A DNA stretch of 64,000 nt, taken from the NCBI RefSeq assembly GCF_006345805.1, contig NC_043009.1, positions 4,836,001-4,900,000 of the forward strand. Reading direction: 5' to 3'. The first letter of the stretch is position 1, and the number at the start of each line of letters is the position of its first letter. The DNA comes from Octopus sinensis. Taxonomy: Eukaryota. Under the pieces are notes generated by a model that was given only the letters and a program-made list of their open reading frames with translations, searched no databases and had not been told where the DNA came from. Positions 14,243-28,253 of this stretch are shown piece after piece. The translations under genes and the position numbers were made by a program.

Positions 14243-14636
14243 CTAGCAGTATAGCCCGGCGTTGCTCGGGTTTGTTTATTTTTATTTGCGCTTAAAAGGA
14301 CCCTTTAGAATTGGAATGTTTGAAACGTAAAAAGTTTGCATTATGTAGCTTTTATTCTCTTTAAGTGAAAATTTTTCTGGTTGAAATACACCGAAAAATG
14401 GCGATTTTCATAAATAGGGATTTTCATAAAAAACAGAACCTTTTTGATGTTAATAACTTTCGGTCTGAACATGGTCCGATTTGAATTTCTTCTTCTACGG
14501 AATAAAGAGCAAACCTTCTTCTATCATATTCTCGGTTTTGGTCAATTTGCGCCACAGGGTCTCGGAGGAGATAGTGTTAGTTGAAGGCTACCAAACCTGC
14601 CACACGCAGACAACTTCAGTTTTATATATAGAGAGA
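14243..14636 (-). mobile_element. Non-autonomous Helitron
   Basis: Minus strand: 5' TCTCTCTATATATAAAA...; 3' CCCGAGCAACGCCGGG hairpin then TACTGCTAG. Confidence 0.75.
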
Positions 14637-14674
14637 TTATTATCTATTGACTGCATAGACCTATGACTTTAGAT

Positions 14675-15064
14675 ACTCTTTACTCTTTTACTCCTTTACT
14701 TGTTTCAGTCATTTGACTGTGGCCATGCTGGAGCACGGCCATTAGTCGAGCAAATATATCCCAGGACTTATTCTTTGTAAGCCTAGTACTGATTCTATCG
14801 GTCTCTTTTGCCGAATCACTAAGTCAAGCGATGTTGGGGGACAAACACAGACACAGAAACGTATACACACACACACACAGACATATGTATATATACATAT
14901 ATATGACGGGCTTCTTTCAGTTTCCGTCAACCAAATCCACTCATAAGGCTTTGATCGGTTCGAGGCTATAGTAGAAGACACTTGCCCAAGGTGCCACGTA
15001 GTAGGACTGAACCCAGAACCATGTGGTTGGTAAGCAAGCTACTTACCACACAGTCACTCCTACG

Positions 15065-15067
<3 letters not shown>
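14675..15067 (-). mobile_element. SINE family A, near full length
   Basis: Head AGGCGTAGGAGTGACTGTGTGGTAAG; tail (AGAGTAAA)n-like. Confidence 0.85.
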
Positions 15068-15117
<50 letters not shown>

Positions 15118-15353
15118 ATATGTATGTATATATATTCATTTATTTTGAATAAGTATGGAGCAATAACGCACCGAGGTATGCCAGTTGTATGCCGTATCAC
15201 ACCAACCTTAGTGAAAGATATTAATAGACAAAACCATGACACTGGACCGTCATATTACAAGGGAAAACATTTGCAGTGAAGTATATCAATGACAATTGAG
15301 TATGAATTCAATGACGCTGATAAATCGTAACGTTATGGAAAGGAAACAACATA

Positions 15354-15603
15354 CCGTAATGCCTCGATATACGCGTTAATTTATTCCCAGACAGTGTTCG
15401 TAAAGTGGAAACTCGTAAAGCACAGCAATGTTATAAATCTTAATTCGTTCCCACGAAGATGTTTACCTAAAAGATTTATAATACTCGTCAATAAATGTCA
15501 AGGAAACGACAGTGGAATGTAAATTTGAACGTTGTGCTTGAAAAATAAAACTCGTAAATCCGAGATATCGTAATGCGGGTCCTCGTAAAGTAAGGTATTA
15601 CTG
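15354..15603. mobile_element. Tigger/pogo-type MITE
   Basis: Imperfect TIRs CCGTAATGCCTCGATATACG / CGTAAAGTAAGGTATTACTG, TA on both sides, no ORF. Confidence 0.65.
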
Positions 15604-15847
15604 TATTTCTCTTCTTCTAATGCATCAACTTACAATTTACTAACAGATACAAAAACAAACTTCTAATTTTGTTTTTCTTCTACTTGTACGTCTGTTCAAT
15701 TCATTAAACGCGATGTAAAATAAAGTTTGTACCAATATACAATAGTTATTTAAAATAATAACAACTTAATCGTCCCCATCCCGTCACTTGCAACAGGCAG
15801 AGTCCATAAAAAATACATTCTGCGCTTTGATATAATTATCTGGTGGA

Positions 15848-16390
15848 AAGCGGCGATCTAACTGAATCGTTAGCACACTGAGCATAATGTTCACTAGCAT
15901 TTCACCCGTCTTTACCATCTGAGTGTGAAGGAGCGTGGCTTAATGGTTAGGGTATTTGGCTCGCGAGTTCGATTTCCGGCGGTGCGTTGCGTTCTTGAAC
16001 AAGACACTTTATTTTCATATTGCTCCAGTCCACTCAGCTGGCAAAAATGAGTAGTATCTGTATTTCAAGGGGCCAGCCTTGTCACACTCTGTGTCATACT
16101 GAATCTCCCTGGGAAGTATGTGAAAAGGTATGCGTGTCTGTGTGGGGCTTTAACCACTAACACGTTCATCTCACGATTAAACTGTTTCGTTGATCGGATC
16201 AACTGGAAACTTCGTCGTCGTAAGCAACGGAGTGTTAGTTACCAACTGAGTTCAAATCCCACCGGAGTAGCTTTGTCTTGTATCCTTTTGGAGCCGATAA
16301 AATAAGTACCAGTTGAGCACTGGGGTCGATATAATCGACCTTTCCACCCCGCCAGAGTAGCAGGTCTTGTGCCAAAATTTGAAGACAATA
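15848..16390 (+). mobile_element. SINE family B, split by a family C insertion
   Basis: Head 15848-15924 resumes at 16239 (CTGAGTTCAAAT...GCACTGGGGTCGAT...GTGCCAAAATTTGAA). Confidence 0.75.
15925..16238 (+). mobile_element. tRNA-derived SINE, family C
   Basis: GTGAAGGAGCGTGGCTTAATGGTTAGG head, CTCCAGTCCACTCAGCTGG core, 13-bp TSD TTACCA(T/A)CTGAGT. Confidence 0.85.
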
Positions 16391-16903
16391 TAATAAACAG
16401 TAGTAAATAATTGTCAGACCCTTATCAGAAATGTCTGACCTTGTGCTGAAATCAAAAAGCAATATATTTATCCGGTGGTAATTATTATTTTTTTTTTTTA
16501 CTGGAAGTATAGATAGCACAAGAGAGATATTTCGTGGTGATGACTAGTAACTATTCTAGTTGGTGTGTCGCATGAAGTATTCACATATATAGACCAAAAG
16601 AGTTGAGCATTCGGTGAGGAATTTGTTCGATGTTCGCTTCTTAAACGTCATCATACATACCAACCTGACAACCTAACAAATAAGAAACTAACTAATGAAT
16701 TAAATAATTACCTAACGAACTAACCAAACAAAACGACCAGCTAAATAACCAGCCAACTATCTATCTATCTATCTATCTACTTATCTATCTATCTATCTCT
16801 ATCTATCTATCTATCTAACTAACTGTCTGTCTGTCTTCTCTCTCTCTCTACCTATCTATCTATCTATCTAACTGTCTGTCTGTCTTCTCTCTCTCTCTAC
16901 CCC

Positions 16904-16970
<67 letters not shown>

Positions 16971-17099
16971 TATATCTATCCATCTATGTCTGTCTGACGC
17001 TCTCTATATGTCTATCTAATTAACTAAATAACCAATTAACTCCAATGTATGAAAATTTATATGGTTTAAAAGAAAGCGAACATAAGTTAGCGCAGCAGC

Positions 17100-17480
17100 G
17101 TAGATGTGTGCAACATTTAGAAGGAGGTCGTTGTAACCTTCAAACAATCCAGCAACATGGCGTAGTATTGAGTCTCGCAGTGGGAATATTTACCTATTCC
17201 TTAATGTCATTAAAAATGCATGAAATGTAACAACTCATTTATGCCCATCCATAAAACTTAGCTGTATTAGTCAAGAGAAAAATAGATCTCAAGAAAGTAA
17301 AATCATTACTGTAAACGTTGCTTGGGAGGAACGGCACATCCGCGGACTGAATAATGATATTAGATTTCGTATCACGTTGGGAATCTGGTTTCATGTCATG
17401 AATCACTGTTATCTTTCTCATCAGCTCAAATTTTGGACACCAATCTACATAACATTCATATCATTCCAAAAGTATCAGCT
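17100..17480 (-). mobile_element. Possible highly decayed mariner transposase fragment
   Basis: Short minus-strand remnants (ADEK; TQYYAMLLDCLK) resemble the mariner GDE and 'YY..LL..L' motifs. Confidence 0.3.
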
Positions 17481-17761
17481 TCTTCGACAGTGAATTACGG
17501 GTTTTGCAACTTAGAATTTAGAATTTTCCTTTGTAATATTGGTAGATTTGAACCTTGATTTACGAGCAGATTGTCCACGCAGTATACCCTCGAATTTAGG
17601 CTTACTACTATGTACAAATGTATATATCATGTCATCGTTCTAGACCCTTGTCTTAAATACCACTGGAAAACGGTTTGCACCTTATCCTCAAAGAAACTGG
17701 CTGTCACTTTTCATCTACTCTTAACATATGTGATCATGTTTTTATTTAATAAATAGTAAAA

Positions 17762-18425
17762 GTGTGGTGGGCTGGTAAAATCGTTACCATGTCGAGCAAA
17801 ATTTTTAGCGGTATTTCTTACGTTCTGAGTTCAAATTCCAGCACGGTCCACTTTGTCTCCCATCCTTTCAGGTTCAATAAAATAAGTACTATTTGAACAC
17901 TGGTGTCTATATAATTGACCTGTCACCTCCACCGAACTTGCTGACCATGTGCCAAAATTTGAAACCAGTATAATATATAACAGTAAGGAGGTGAGCTGGC
18001 AGAGTCGTTATGGCGCCGAGCTAAATGCTTAGCGACATTGCATCTGTGTGTACGTTCTGAGTTCAAAATTCCGCCGAGGTCCACTTTCCGTTTCAATCTT
18101 TCGTTGTCGATAAAATAAGTACAAATTGGCAAATGGGGTTTGTGCATTGGACTTATTCCTTCCACCAAACTTGCTGGGCTTTTTGCCAAAATTTGAAACC
18201 AAGATAACAAATAGTAGTAAGGCGGCGGGCTGGCAGATTCGTTCCCACGCTGAGCAGAATGTTTATCTGCATTCCGTCTGGGTTCAAAATTCTGCCAAGA
18301 ACGACATTGCCTTTAATCCTTTCGGTGTCGAAAGCATAATTACTAATTGAATACTGGGGTCGCAGTAATCATCCTGCTCCCTCCTTTGAACTTGCTGGCC
18401 TTGTGCTAAAAAAAAAACGAATCAA
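17762..18425 (+). mobile_element. Three head-to-tail family B SINE copies
   Basis: Heads at ~17762, ~17985 and ~18220; each copy ends in a CTTGCTG..GTGCCAAAATTTGAAACC-like tail. Confidence 0.8.
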
Positions 18426-19250
18426 ATATAATAGATAGTAAATAATCGTCAGTGTGTTTAGTCATTAGGTAATATATTAATGCATTATGTGATATATATT
18501 CGATTTTACGAAAACATTATCACTTATGCCGGGTCACTCCTGCCGTATGAATTGCCTTGTTAACTCATATCAGCGTTATGATATTCAATCCTCCGTCTGT
18601 CGTCAATATACACTCGGAAGAACGTGAAAATCTATAACTTTGCGAATGTCATGTAAAACCAATACGAAGAGAGACTTGATTGTAAGGAAGATGAAAAATA
18701 TCTAAATATACATCAGGGTTTTGATTCTCAAAGGAGCCTTTTGACTTGCGCATCACTGTTAATGTGCTCCAAGGGAATTAATTGGCCATCCAGGGTTGGA
18801 TACATCTAATTAAGAAAATTAAGCAGCTAACTAGACTTCTAAAATACATCACGTATTAAAATAATTACTGAATAAGTGGATATTGCTTTCTATTTCAAGC
18901 ATAAAACTATAAGTCGCAGTTTTTGATTGTGTTTTTTTTTTTGTCTTCGATCTAGACAACCCAAAATGCAAAAACATTTAGAAGTGGCGGTTTTGTTCAC
19001 GTGTCCATCTGTCGTCTTTGGTATATTTGGTACAGAAGACTTTGTTTAATAAGTCCTTCCTTTTCTATGATGATAGGATATGATTTGATTGAGACTTGAC
19101 TCATATTTCTGTTAGGCTACGCATCATTAGAGAGGCTTAATTGTTGTATCGAATGGCGTGGCATGTTGTGCCATATATGACAATCTAAGATTCGTAAAGT
19201 GTCGTAAATACAATAAAATTTGTATCGATGGAAAGTGGTTAATTATATAT

Positions 19251-19556
19251 GTTGTTTGTTCCTTCTCGAGCCATGAGTGGTACATAAGGGCCGGATTCCC
19301 GGTTTCCTTGGCGTGTAAGTTCCCCACCTGGACAGGACGCCGGTCCGTCGCAGGTGAGCAGCAAGATGCAGGAGGAAAGAGTGAAAGTAAGTTGTGGCGA
19401 AAGGGTCAGCAGAAGTTCGCCATTACCTTCTACTAGATCCGCATGGTGCTAAGGTGTTTCGCTCATAAATACATACATCGCCTTGTCTGAGACTCGAACC
19501 CGTGATCTCTCGACCGCGAGGCTGCTGCTCTAACCACTAGGCCATGTGCCTCCACG
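19251..19556 (-). mobile_element. tRNA-derived SINE, family D
   Basis: Head GTGGAGGCACATGGCCTAGTGGTTAGAGC...GGGTTCGAGTC; tail GGCTCGAGAAGGAACAAACAAC. Confidence 0.85.
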
Positions 19557-20289
19557 AAAAAATGTGGCTAACCGGCTACCTTCCTCCGATAGAGTCTGGT
19601 AAGGTTTGTTTATCGTTTGTTTATTTTTCCACTAATTGCTTCGTCCCTTACTTTTCTCGTTCAGATAATTACTTGGTAATTTGATATACATCTTAGATAT
19701 ATTCATATAAAACACTATTTCCATATCCGTAAGTGCTTTTTTTTTTACCGTCAATTCATTAGTAAGACCCCTTAGACTATTCATTCCTTAAATATTTTAA
19801 TTTTTGTTTTTACTTCTCTTGTAATTTATTGATAATTTTACCGTTTCAAAGATTAGCTGACCAATTAAGTTGTAGGATTAACTTTGGCCTCAAACAACTA
19901 TCCATAGGGGTCTCGGGATTAAGTTTCTGTAAATATGTAACAAGTAATAACACCGCACTAAGGTTTTACCTAATTTTCTTTTCATTGATACATCTACGTA
20001 TTGAATTTCTCCAAACAGATTCAATGTAAGTTAATCCTGCAAATTCCTTTTATGATGCTCTATTAAATAGCAGTTAGCCTCTAACTTCTGACCCTGTGAC
20101 ATGAACCCTACCATTAAATTCACTCCACAACGTCTTACCCTCGCTATCCCCACCCCCCTGTATAATTGAAACGCTATGTAACTCTCAAAGGCTGCGGAAA
20201 TTTCTCTTGGAAGTAACTTTCTTTACCATAAGATGTAATACCATGGATTATAATAAAATCTTGAAATGATATTCTCGCCATTCCTTACT

Positions 20290-20965
20290 ATTTTTATTAC
20301 GTTATTTTAATTTTACTTTATTATTTTAACTTACATTCCAACATGTTAGTTTCCTATAATTCGGTCTCTCTGATGAAGTCTTGGGGGATCAACCATAGTC
20401 CAACCCCTGTCCAATGTTTGTTCAACCTTTGTCAGGTTCCTGTATATCACTGGCGTGATGTGGAAAACTTGGAAGATTGAGGAGCCCCGCTTTAGAAACG
20501 GCTGTAAGTGTTTAGTATTTGCACATTTATTCCTATTCGTTTATTTTTTATTTATCTATTTATTTACTTATTTATTTGCTTATTTCATTCGTTTATTTCC
20601 ATCACTTATCCATATGATTGTAATCAATTAATAAATATAATTGTATCAGACAGAAATATTTTTTATTCTCAAATGCTAATAAAATAGGGTGATCAGGATA
20701 AATTATCCATACATTGGAGAAAAATACTCGAACTCACATATCTGTGATTACGCGTCAAGTGCTTTACCATAAAGCTAAACAGCCCAGTAACGAATTCTTC
20801 TGCAATTTTAGAACTTATAAATTTAGCTTCATAAGACGCTAATGTTAAATAAAACTTCCGGTGAAAATAAACAAATAAAGTTTGTCTTTTTAGGAGCATT
20901 GAGATGTATGCTTACAGGCTGATGTTTGTCGAGTTATATCCTCTCCATTTCCTTATTTGCTTTAT
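20290..20965 (+). mobile_element. HHR-bearing element, family H4; motif at 20366-20510
   Basis: CTGATGA-(118 nt)-GAAAC-GGCT-GTA-AGTG. Body and terminal GTTTGTCGA..TATCCTCTCCAT are homologous to 53330-53742. Confidence 0.6.
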
Positions 20966-21091
20966 ATATATATGTATATATATAGGGTGGGCTTCTTTCA
21001 GATTCAGTCTATCAAAATCCACTAACAAGGCTTTGGTCATATGTATATATATATATATATAAATAATAAATATAAATAAATATATATATAT

Positions 21092-21402
21092 ACTCTTTTA
21101 CTCTTTTACTTGTTTCAGTCATTTGACTGCGGCCATGCTGGAGCACCGCGTTTAATCGAGCAACTCAACCCCGGGACTTATTCTTTGTAAGCCCAGTACT
21201 TATTATATCGGTCTCTTTTGCCGAACCGCTAAGTGACGGGGATATAAACACACCAGCATCGGTTGTCAAGCAATGCTAGGGGGAAAAACCCAGACACACA
21301 AACATATATATATATACGACAGGCTTCTTTCAGTTTCCGTCTACCAAATCCACTCACAAGGCTTTGGTCGGCCCGAGGCTATAGTAGAAGAAAATTGCCC
21401 AA
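21092..21402 (-). mobile_element. SINE family A (5'-truncated)
   Basis: Closely matches 14675-14990. Confidence 0.85.
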
Positions 21403-22568
21403 TGTTTGCCTGTATGTATGCATATGTATTCATATATGTGTGCATATACATGTGTGGGTATATGAGTACGTGTATGCCTGCTTACATACGCACATACACA
21501 TATATGGCTACATACTTTCAGCGAACATATTTTATTCCCTGTCATATTTGTAAGTACAGTAATACTGTGTCCATGAATTTTGTGGTAGAGTTATGAGTTA
21601 AGCATAAACATGTTGAGTATTTACTAGCAGAAAATGTTTAATGTTTTATTAAAAGTTTCAATTTAGAGCGAGATTTGCTATTTCCGTTCACACACAGATG
21701 GAATGATCAAATAATTCTCTCCATTACCAAAATAAAATAAAATAAAATAAAAATGTTAAAGAAATCTCTATTCGTAAAAGTACTTGTATCGTTCTCAGCT
21801 GTTCTTTTGAGAAAGCCAAATGCGATGGGAACGATGCGTTTGACGATCAGTTAAATATTCCTTGATCACAAACATTCTGCAGAAAACAAAAGAAATTCCC
21901 TGGCGAAAAGAATGTGAAAATATATCTATTCTCGAGAGAAATATTGCAATATATTTAATGAAGTATCTTATGGAATAAGATTCAGTGAGGAATATGATCG
22001 GTGGGTTTGTGTAGCGAGAATGTACGGCAAGCTCACTTCGCTGAATGAAAGCTGATGTGAGGAAAGAAGTGGGCAGAGACAGATTAACAGTCGAAGTTTC
22101 TTTGAAAAAACAGGCGTAATATTTTGTCAATCATGGAAATGTCTATTATGTTTTTTATCATACTCTGGGATGTGTGTGTATGAGTGTGCAGCAGTAAAAT
22201 TGTCCCAGATATGTCGGTTGTACTCTAATATACATATCACTTGACTTCAAAAGACAGTTCTCATTCCCTAATGCTATATAATGAATGGCTGTGTGTATCT
22301 ATATCTATATCGATATCTATCTATCTATCTATCTATATGTCTGTCTGTCTGTCTATCTATCTGCCTCCGCACAGACACACACACTCATACGTGAGTGAAT
22401 AGACAAACGAAAGAATGGACTGCGCATTAACCTTTACTTTAGAGTTGTGATTCTGAATGCTTCTCGTTGGGATACTTACAAATACTATTATTTCTATTTA
22501 GTAGATCAGTGATTGTGTGTCGTTTTGGAAATTATATAAATTTTCTAACACTAGTTTAGCAGCACCAC

Positions 22569-22882
22569 TGAAACCGGGAAACCTGCCTTTATGAGCCTGG
22601 CATGGCTCGAGAACATCTTTTCGTTGAGGCACGGGTTCGAATCTCCGACCGGGCGATGTGTGTGTTTATGAGCAAAACACCTAAGCTCCACGCAGCTCCT
22701 GTAGAAGGGAATGCCGAACTTCTGCTGACTCTTTCACCACAACTTTCTCTCACTCTTCCTGCATCTAGCAGCGCACCTGCGATGAACCCGCGTCCCATCC
22801 AGGTGGGGAGGCTATACGCCAATGAAACCGGGAAACCGGCCCATTATGAGCCAGTCATGGCTTGAGAAGGAACAAACAGCAA
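22569..22882 (+). mobile_element. SINE family D, preceded by an extra copy of its tail
   Basis: GAAACCGGGAAACC...ATGAGCC occurs at 22570 and 22825; body matches 30672-30977. Confidence 0.8.
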
Positions 22883-23928
22883 TATATATATATATATATA
22901 ATATATATATATATATACAATATATATTCTAGCATGTATGTATAATACTATTTTCGAGATGTTTATTCTTGGTTGCTGTTATGTTTCATTTGAAGGATAT
23001 TTATAAAAGCTCACTATGTACGTTGTCAGTGGTGGTCTCATGGTGAGTAATTACAATCAATAAAATCTATTCTTGTTTCTATTGGCGTTAAATAATTGTT
23101 ATATATATTTATTCGCCATACATAATATTATTGATGTGAAATCTCGTGAAATTGTTTTAACGAAATATCGAAACCTTATGGCCGGTTTGGTCTATCGAGA
23201 TGGATGCAGCTTTTACTCTATAGTGTTAGCAATCAGGTTCAAACATAACTAAAAGCGAAACAATAATCGGAATTTTATTTCGCAGATTTATTCATTTAAA
23301 CGAAGGAATTACTCAGAAAATGTCTTCAGAAATATCACTTCCTTCATTCAAGCAACAGCTGATTAAATCCGATAATCTGAATTTTATCTGATGATTGATA
23401 ATTTGACTGGACACAGCCCGCGGTCATATAGTAATAAGTGACCCGGTCAAGAGTTTTACAGCAGACAGCGATTGAAATGCTAATGATAAATCAGATTGCA
23501 AGCAAGGGCGAGAGAGCATAGAGTTAGTTCGTCCGATGCTTACTTTGTCCAGCGAAATAGAAATAACTGAAATATACGAAGATATATAAGCGAAATGTCA
23601 TCAATTTGACAGAGCTCTGTTCGATTTAATAAAGTGATTGATCGGGAAATTGTAACCTTCGACTGTTTTATTACTTTAAGTATTTATTTATTTATTTAAT
23701 TTTCACCCCATTCAAATATATAATACACATAGCAAACGATGCACAGGAATAATGAAATAACATTAAAAAAAACATAGGACAATAAAAATAACATCATCAG
23801 TCAATAGGCAAAGGCCATTCACATAAATTATTTAAGAAGTAACAGATATTGATGATGATATTCTAACTTTTGTGTCTACAAACATTCGAGTATGTGCTTG
23901 CTGCTTTTGATTCTGATGATATTATTAC

Positions 23929-24023
23929 GTGATGACGACGACGACGACGACTATGAGGACATTGATGCCGATGACGATGACGATGATGACATTGGTGACG
24001 ATGATAATGATGACGATGATGAC
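23929..24023. repeat. (GAT/GAC)n microsatellite
   Basis: Direct reading. Confidence 0.9.
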
Positions 24024-24479
24024 CACAAGGGTTCTAGGTTGCATCCCTCAGCAAATTCCACAGCTATGTGTCAAACAAAGTTCTTTCCGAGGAAGAAATT
24101 TTTATGAAATTCTGTAATCGTTTTCAGATATGTATACGTATCTCCTCTCACAAGGAAACAGAATAAACACACACACACACACACAAGCAGATTTCAAAGA
24201 GTGGCTTATTAGCAATGAAAACCCAAAGGCAAAATTAATAGAAGTCACAAAATTGACAAAGGGTAATGACTAGCTGACGTTTGTGGCTTTTAGTGAGTTT
24301 AACTCTTATCTTCAGCAAAAGCAGTGCTAGTCAGTACCCTTTGTCACCTTTTGTGACTTCTGTTATCTATCTATCTATCTATATATATATTATATATATA
24401 TATATATGCATCCGCCTATCCATACATGCATACACATCCCTTTGTGTAAAGTAGCTTGCTATTCAACTCATCAGTCAGT

Positions 24480-24680
24480 GAACGCGACAAGATGGTAGAA
24501 TTGTTAGGACGAAATGTTTAACATTTCGTTCGTCTTTACGTTCTGAATTCAAATTCCGCCGAGGTCGACTTTGCCTTTCATCCTTTCTTGGTCGATGAAA
24601 TAAGTAACAGTTGAGCACTGGTAATCGACTTAATCCTACTCCCGAAATTGCTGGCCTTGTGCCAAAATTTGAATCGAATA
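24480..24680 (+). mobile_element. SINE family B
   Basis: TTACGTTCTGAATTCAAATTCCGCCGAGGTCGACTTTGCC core. Confidence 0.8.
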
Positions 24681-25976
24681 TTTCTGTCTCTGTTCATCCA
24701 GCAATTCTAACTTTACATTGGATACTGGTCATGCAGACGGTTATTTTCCCAGCGAATATGGACAATATCCGTAGCGTGTGTCGTCTTTCTCTAGTGTCTT
24801 CCTTTCACCACCTTGACATGAAGTGAGTATATTATCCTCGCCCCACCCCAGGCTATATATGTATTTCGGGTCTCCAAAACACACCAGGTAATTTGTACAT
24901 TAATTAGTGTAACGTTTTAATTTTGAGGTGCAGGCAACATACGTTCGTTTTGTGGCTTCTGCCTGATTTCTGTTATCTATTCATCTTATGTTTTTTTTAT
25001 TTCAGAACACTGTAGCTGCCATATCCTTTCTCACGAGTGAAGTACTATATCTGTGATACTCTCTGTGGAATATTATAGCATATATTTTCAGTTTTTATTT
25101 CGCACAGCTTTATTTATTGTTAACTGACACTTTTTTGTTTAGAAATGTACTTAGTAAAGATTTTTATCTCACTCACTGCGTGAACGTAATACTTAAGCTG
25201 ATACAAATATGAACTCCATGGTAAATTTTAAAGTGTGATATATTCTCTGTTGTGACTACATTTCTTTTCAAGGGATTAGAGGTTTTTCTTCCCTGTAAAC
25301 CATTCTCATCGAGTTCACCCAATTCTTTTTTTATTTCTGTTGTCTTTAAATATGGTTTCACGTAAATTATTCTTTCTGAAATCTCTTTTTCGACATCTCT
25401 TTATATCCCGTTGTTTGATCTTCATTATATAGTCATACTTTTAATTGAGACAACATAATTTTCATCCCTAATATTTGTAGAAAAGCAGTAGAGTAGTTAA
25501 GGGTAAGATGTTTGCGAGAGGGCCGTCCACTCCAGAAGACACTTTTATAGGACTGGAAGTTGTTTTGTCTGCTGTAATATGCCTTAAAGTTTTAGAAGGA
25601 TGTTGGGGTACAACCTCAAATGATGCAGCGGGCAGCAAACACTCCAGCTAGGCCACAGTTTGAAAGATAGGTTTTCTATTGAATCTACTTGCCTTAAACT
25701 TACACAAGACGTTAGGAATAACTACATATAAAAGCACGTCTTAATACATATCTTTCACAGGACACTTAGTGCTGCTTTATGGAAGTGTAGAACTACAGAC
25801 AGCTATAACATCTGGCATTGGTACAAGTTTACGCCTGTGAAATGGAAGAAAAAGTAACTATCGATTAAATTGATCTATAGCTTGATTGTTATTTTATTTT
25901 ATCTCTTATCGCGAATTACGATCTCTGTATGATTTGAAATCAGAATATAAAGTGTTATGTGTAAATATCATAAAAG

Positions 25977-26197
25977 GAAATATTCTTTACAACTCTAAGC
26001 ACAAAGACCGAAATTTTGGGGGAAAGGGCCATTCGATTAGATCGACTCCAGTGCGTAACTGGTGCTTAATTTATCGACCCCGAAAGGATGAAAGGCAAGG
26101 TCGACCTCGGCGGAATTTGAACTCAGAACGTAGCGGCAGACGAAATACCTCTAAGCATTTCGCCCAGCGTGCTAACGTTTCTGTCAGTTCACCGCCT
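25977..26197 (-). mobile_element. SINE family B
   Basis: Reverse-complement core; possible TSD TCATAAAAG (25968 and 26198). Confidence 0.8.
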
Positions 26198-26478
26198 TCA
26201 TAAAAGCAAGTATTAATTTCTGTATGTGATATCACTCATGTAAATTTTCTTAGTGAATTCTGTACAATTAAGAACATTATATACCAGTACCATTAGTGGA
26301 AGATGTGACAGGTTATGAAATATGATATTTATGAATAATTAGGATTAAATTTAAATATGATTCGAACAGGTGATGGACATTTCAACGCAAATACAATCTG
26401 ATTGAAACTAATGACTATGAAATATTTAAAGAAACTATTTTATACTATTTTATACTAAGTTATTATGTTAGCTATCTA

Positions 26479-26532
<54 letters not shown>

Positions 26533-26695
26533 CATGCATGCATATATGTATGTATGTATGTGTGTATGTATGTATGTATATATATATATATACATATATA
26601 TACATATAATATATGTATACATATTATATATATATTATATATATACATATATATACATATAAATATATGTATACATATATATATATATATATATT

Positions 26696-26744
<49 letters not shown>

Positions 26745-27594
26745 TTTATATGTATATATATATATATATGTATGTATATATATATATATATATATACATA
26801 TATATAAATCGTTCGTTGGTGGTGTTTCAATTTATTTCTCAGAAATGGTAATTATAGAAGATAAAATTTAAAACAAAGGAAGAGGACAGCTGAACTCATT
26901 TCGCAAACAGCTGCCTCATTCACATTGAATCTTATCGCGCCGCTCATTCAATATCGTCTCAATCTAACTAACGGTGTTGTGTGTTTGAATATATTGTTTT
27001 ATAATGCTAATTGGAAATTGTAATTGGAATAATTCTACTTACTTCCAACCTTATTGAGATCGTACTCTATCTCAGCCATTTGCTAATGACGCTCGATGAC
27101 ATTAAATATTTATACTAATAAGTACATAATTAAGACGGACTTAATTTATATATACTGTAAAGATTATGATCAAACTTTAGGCGCATTAAAATGAGATGTG
27201 AGATTTGCTGTTTTTCTTATTTGTTTCCGTATAAAGTCATATCGAACGCATGGCTCCGTGGTTAAGCATTTCTTTTTGTAATCGGCTTCAATGCAACAGA
27301 GAACCTATTTTCGCAAGTGTCAATGACAGATTGTGTAATCTATTTACCCTGTGTGGAAATGCAGATACATACATACGTATGCACCACACACACAGAGACA
27401 CAGACACGCACACACACATACACGTTCACACAAGCACAAACACGTTCATGAATTTGCGCAGCAAGATTCCTGATGTGAAACCGTGTGTTGGAACAAATAT
27501 TATTGTATTTCGGGATGGTCACTGTTTTTTTCCAAAATAAACATACGCCCTGTATATACGTTATACACTTGTTTATTTTTGTTCGTATTCTAAA

Positions 27595-27735
27595 TCATGT
27601 CCATCGCGCAGAAATCTCCGGCACACATCTGTGATATCTTCAGCGACACTTTCCGCCTTTATGTATCCTCTTGTACTCCTTATTCTACTCTGTTCTATAG
27701 AAGAAGAGAATAGAGTAAGCGGAGCAAGAGCGAAA
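27595..27735 (-). mobile_element. Family H5 element with degenerate HHR (27606-27647)
   Basis: CATGTCCAT...CACACATCTGTGAT...CACTTTCCG shared with 726-810. Confidence 0.5.
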
Positions 27736-27766
27736 AAATTACAATCTCGAAATACGACGATATATA

Positions 27767-27805
<39 letters not shown>

Positions 27806-27810
<5 letters not shown>

Positions 27811-28005
27811 AAATGCAAAAGAGATGAACAAACACAAAAAAAACAACCACGCGAGGACGTGGTACATGTAAAATATTAGCAGACGCTCAGGGAAGGAAAG
27901 AAAGATGGTTTAAAGTTTCAAGCAGATGCTCTTTTTCGGAAACAAAGGAAGGTCCAATAGAAGGGAAGACGGAGAAAGAAAACCCGCAACGATTCCCATG
28001 TGGTT
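27806..28005 (-). mobile_element. Family H2 element, decayed
   Basis: Homologous to 55542-55743 (GAGGACGTGG...GACGCTCAGG...). Confidence 0.65.
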
Positions 28006-28087
28006 GCAGTATATGCATATGCTGCATGTATGTATGTACGTATGTATGTATGTATGTATGTATATATATATATGTATGCATATATAT

Positions 28088-28253
28088 CCACACATTTTTC
28101 TTCTCTGTTTATTTTGTGTTGTTCCTTTCTGTTGATGAGTGTAGTAGGCTCGAAGCGTAAAGGACTTTCTCACTCTCCCGAGCGTCAAAATAATACACCT
28201 TCTTGTTGTTCATACAATTGTCTTCGACTTTTGGTTTTCTGTAGACTTCAACT
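28088..28253 (+). mobile_element. Family H1 element; degenerate HHR at 28123-28164
   Basis: TCCTTT-CTGTTGA-T-GAGT...GCTC-GAAG-C-GTA-AAGGA. Confidence 0.6.

Noticed and set aside
25173-25440. Minus-strand ORF ending at a GTGAGT donor
   Set aside because: No clear acceptor, frames interrupted upstream, no homology.
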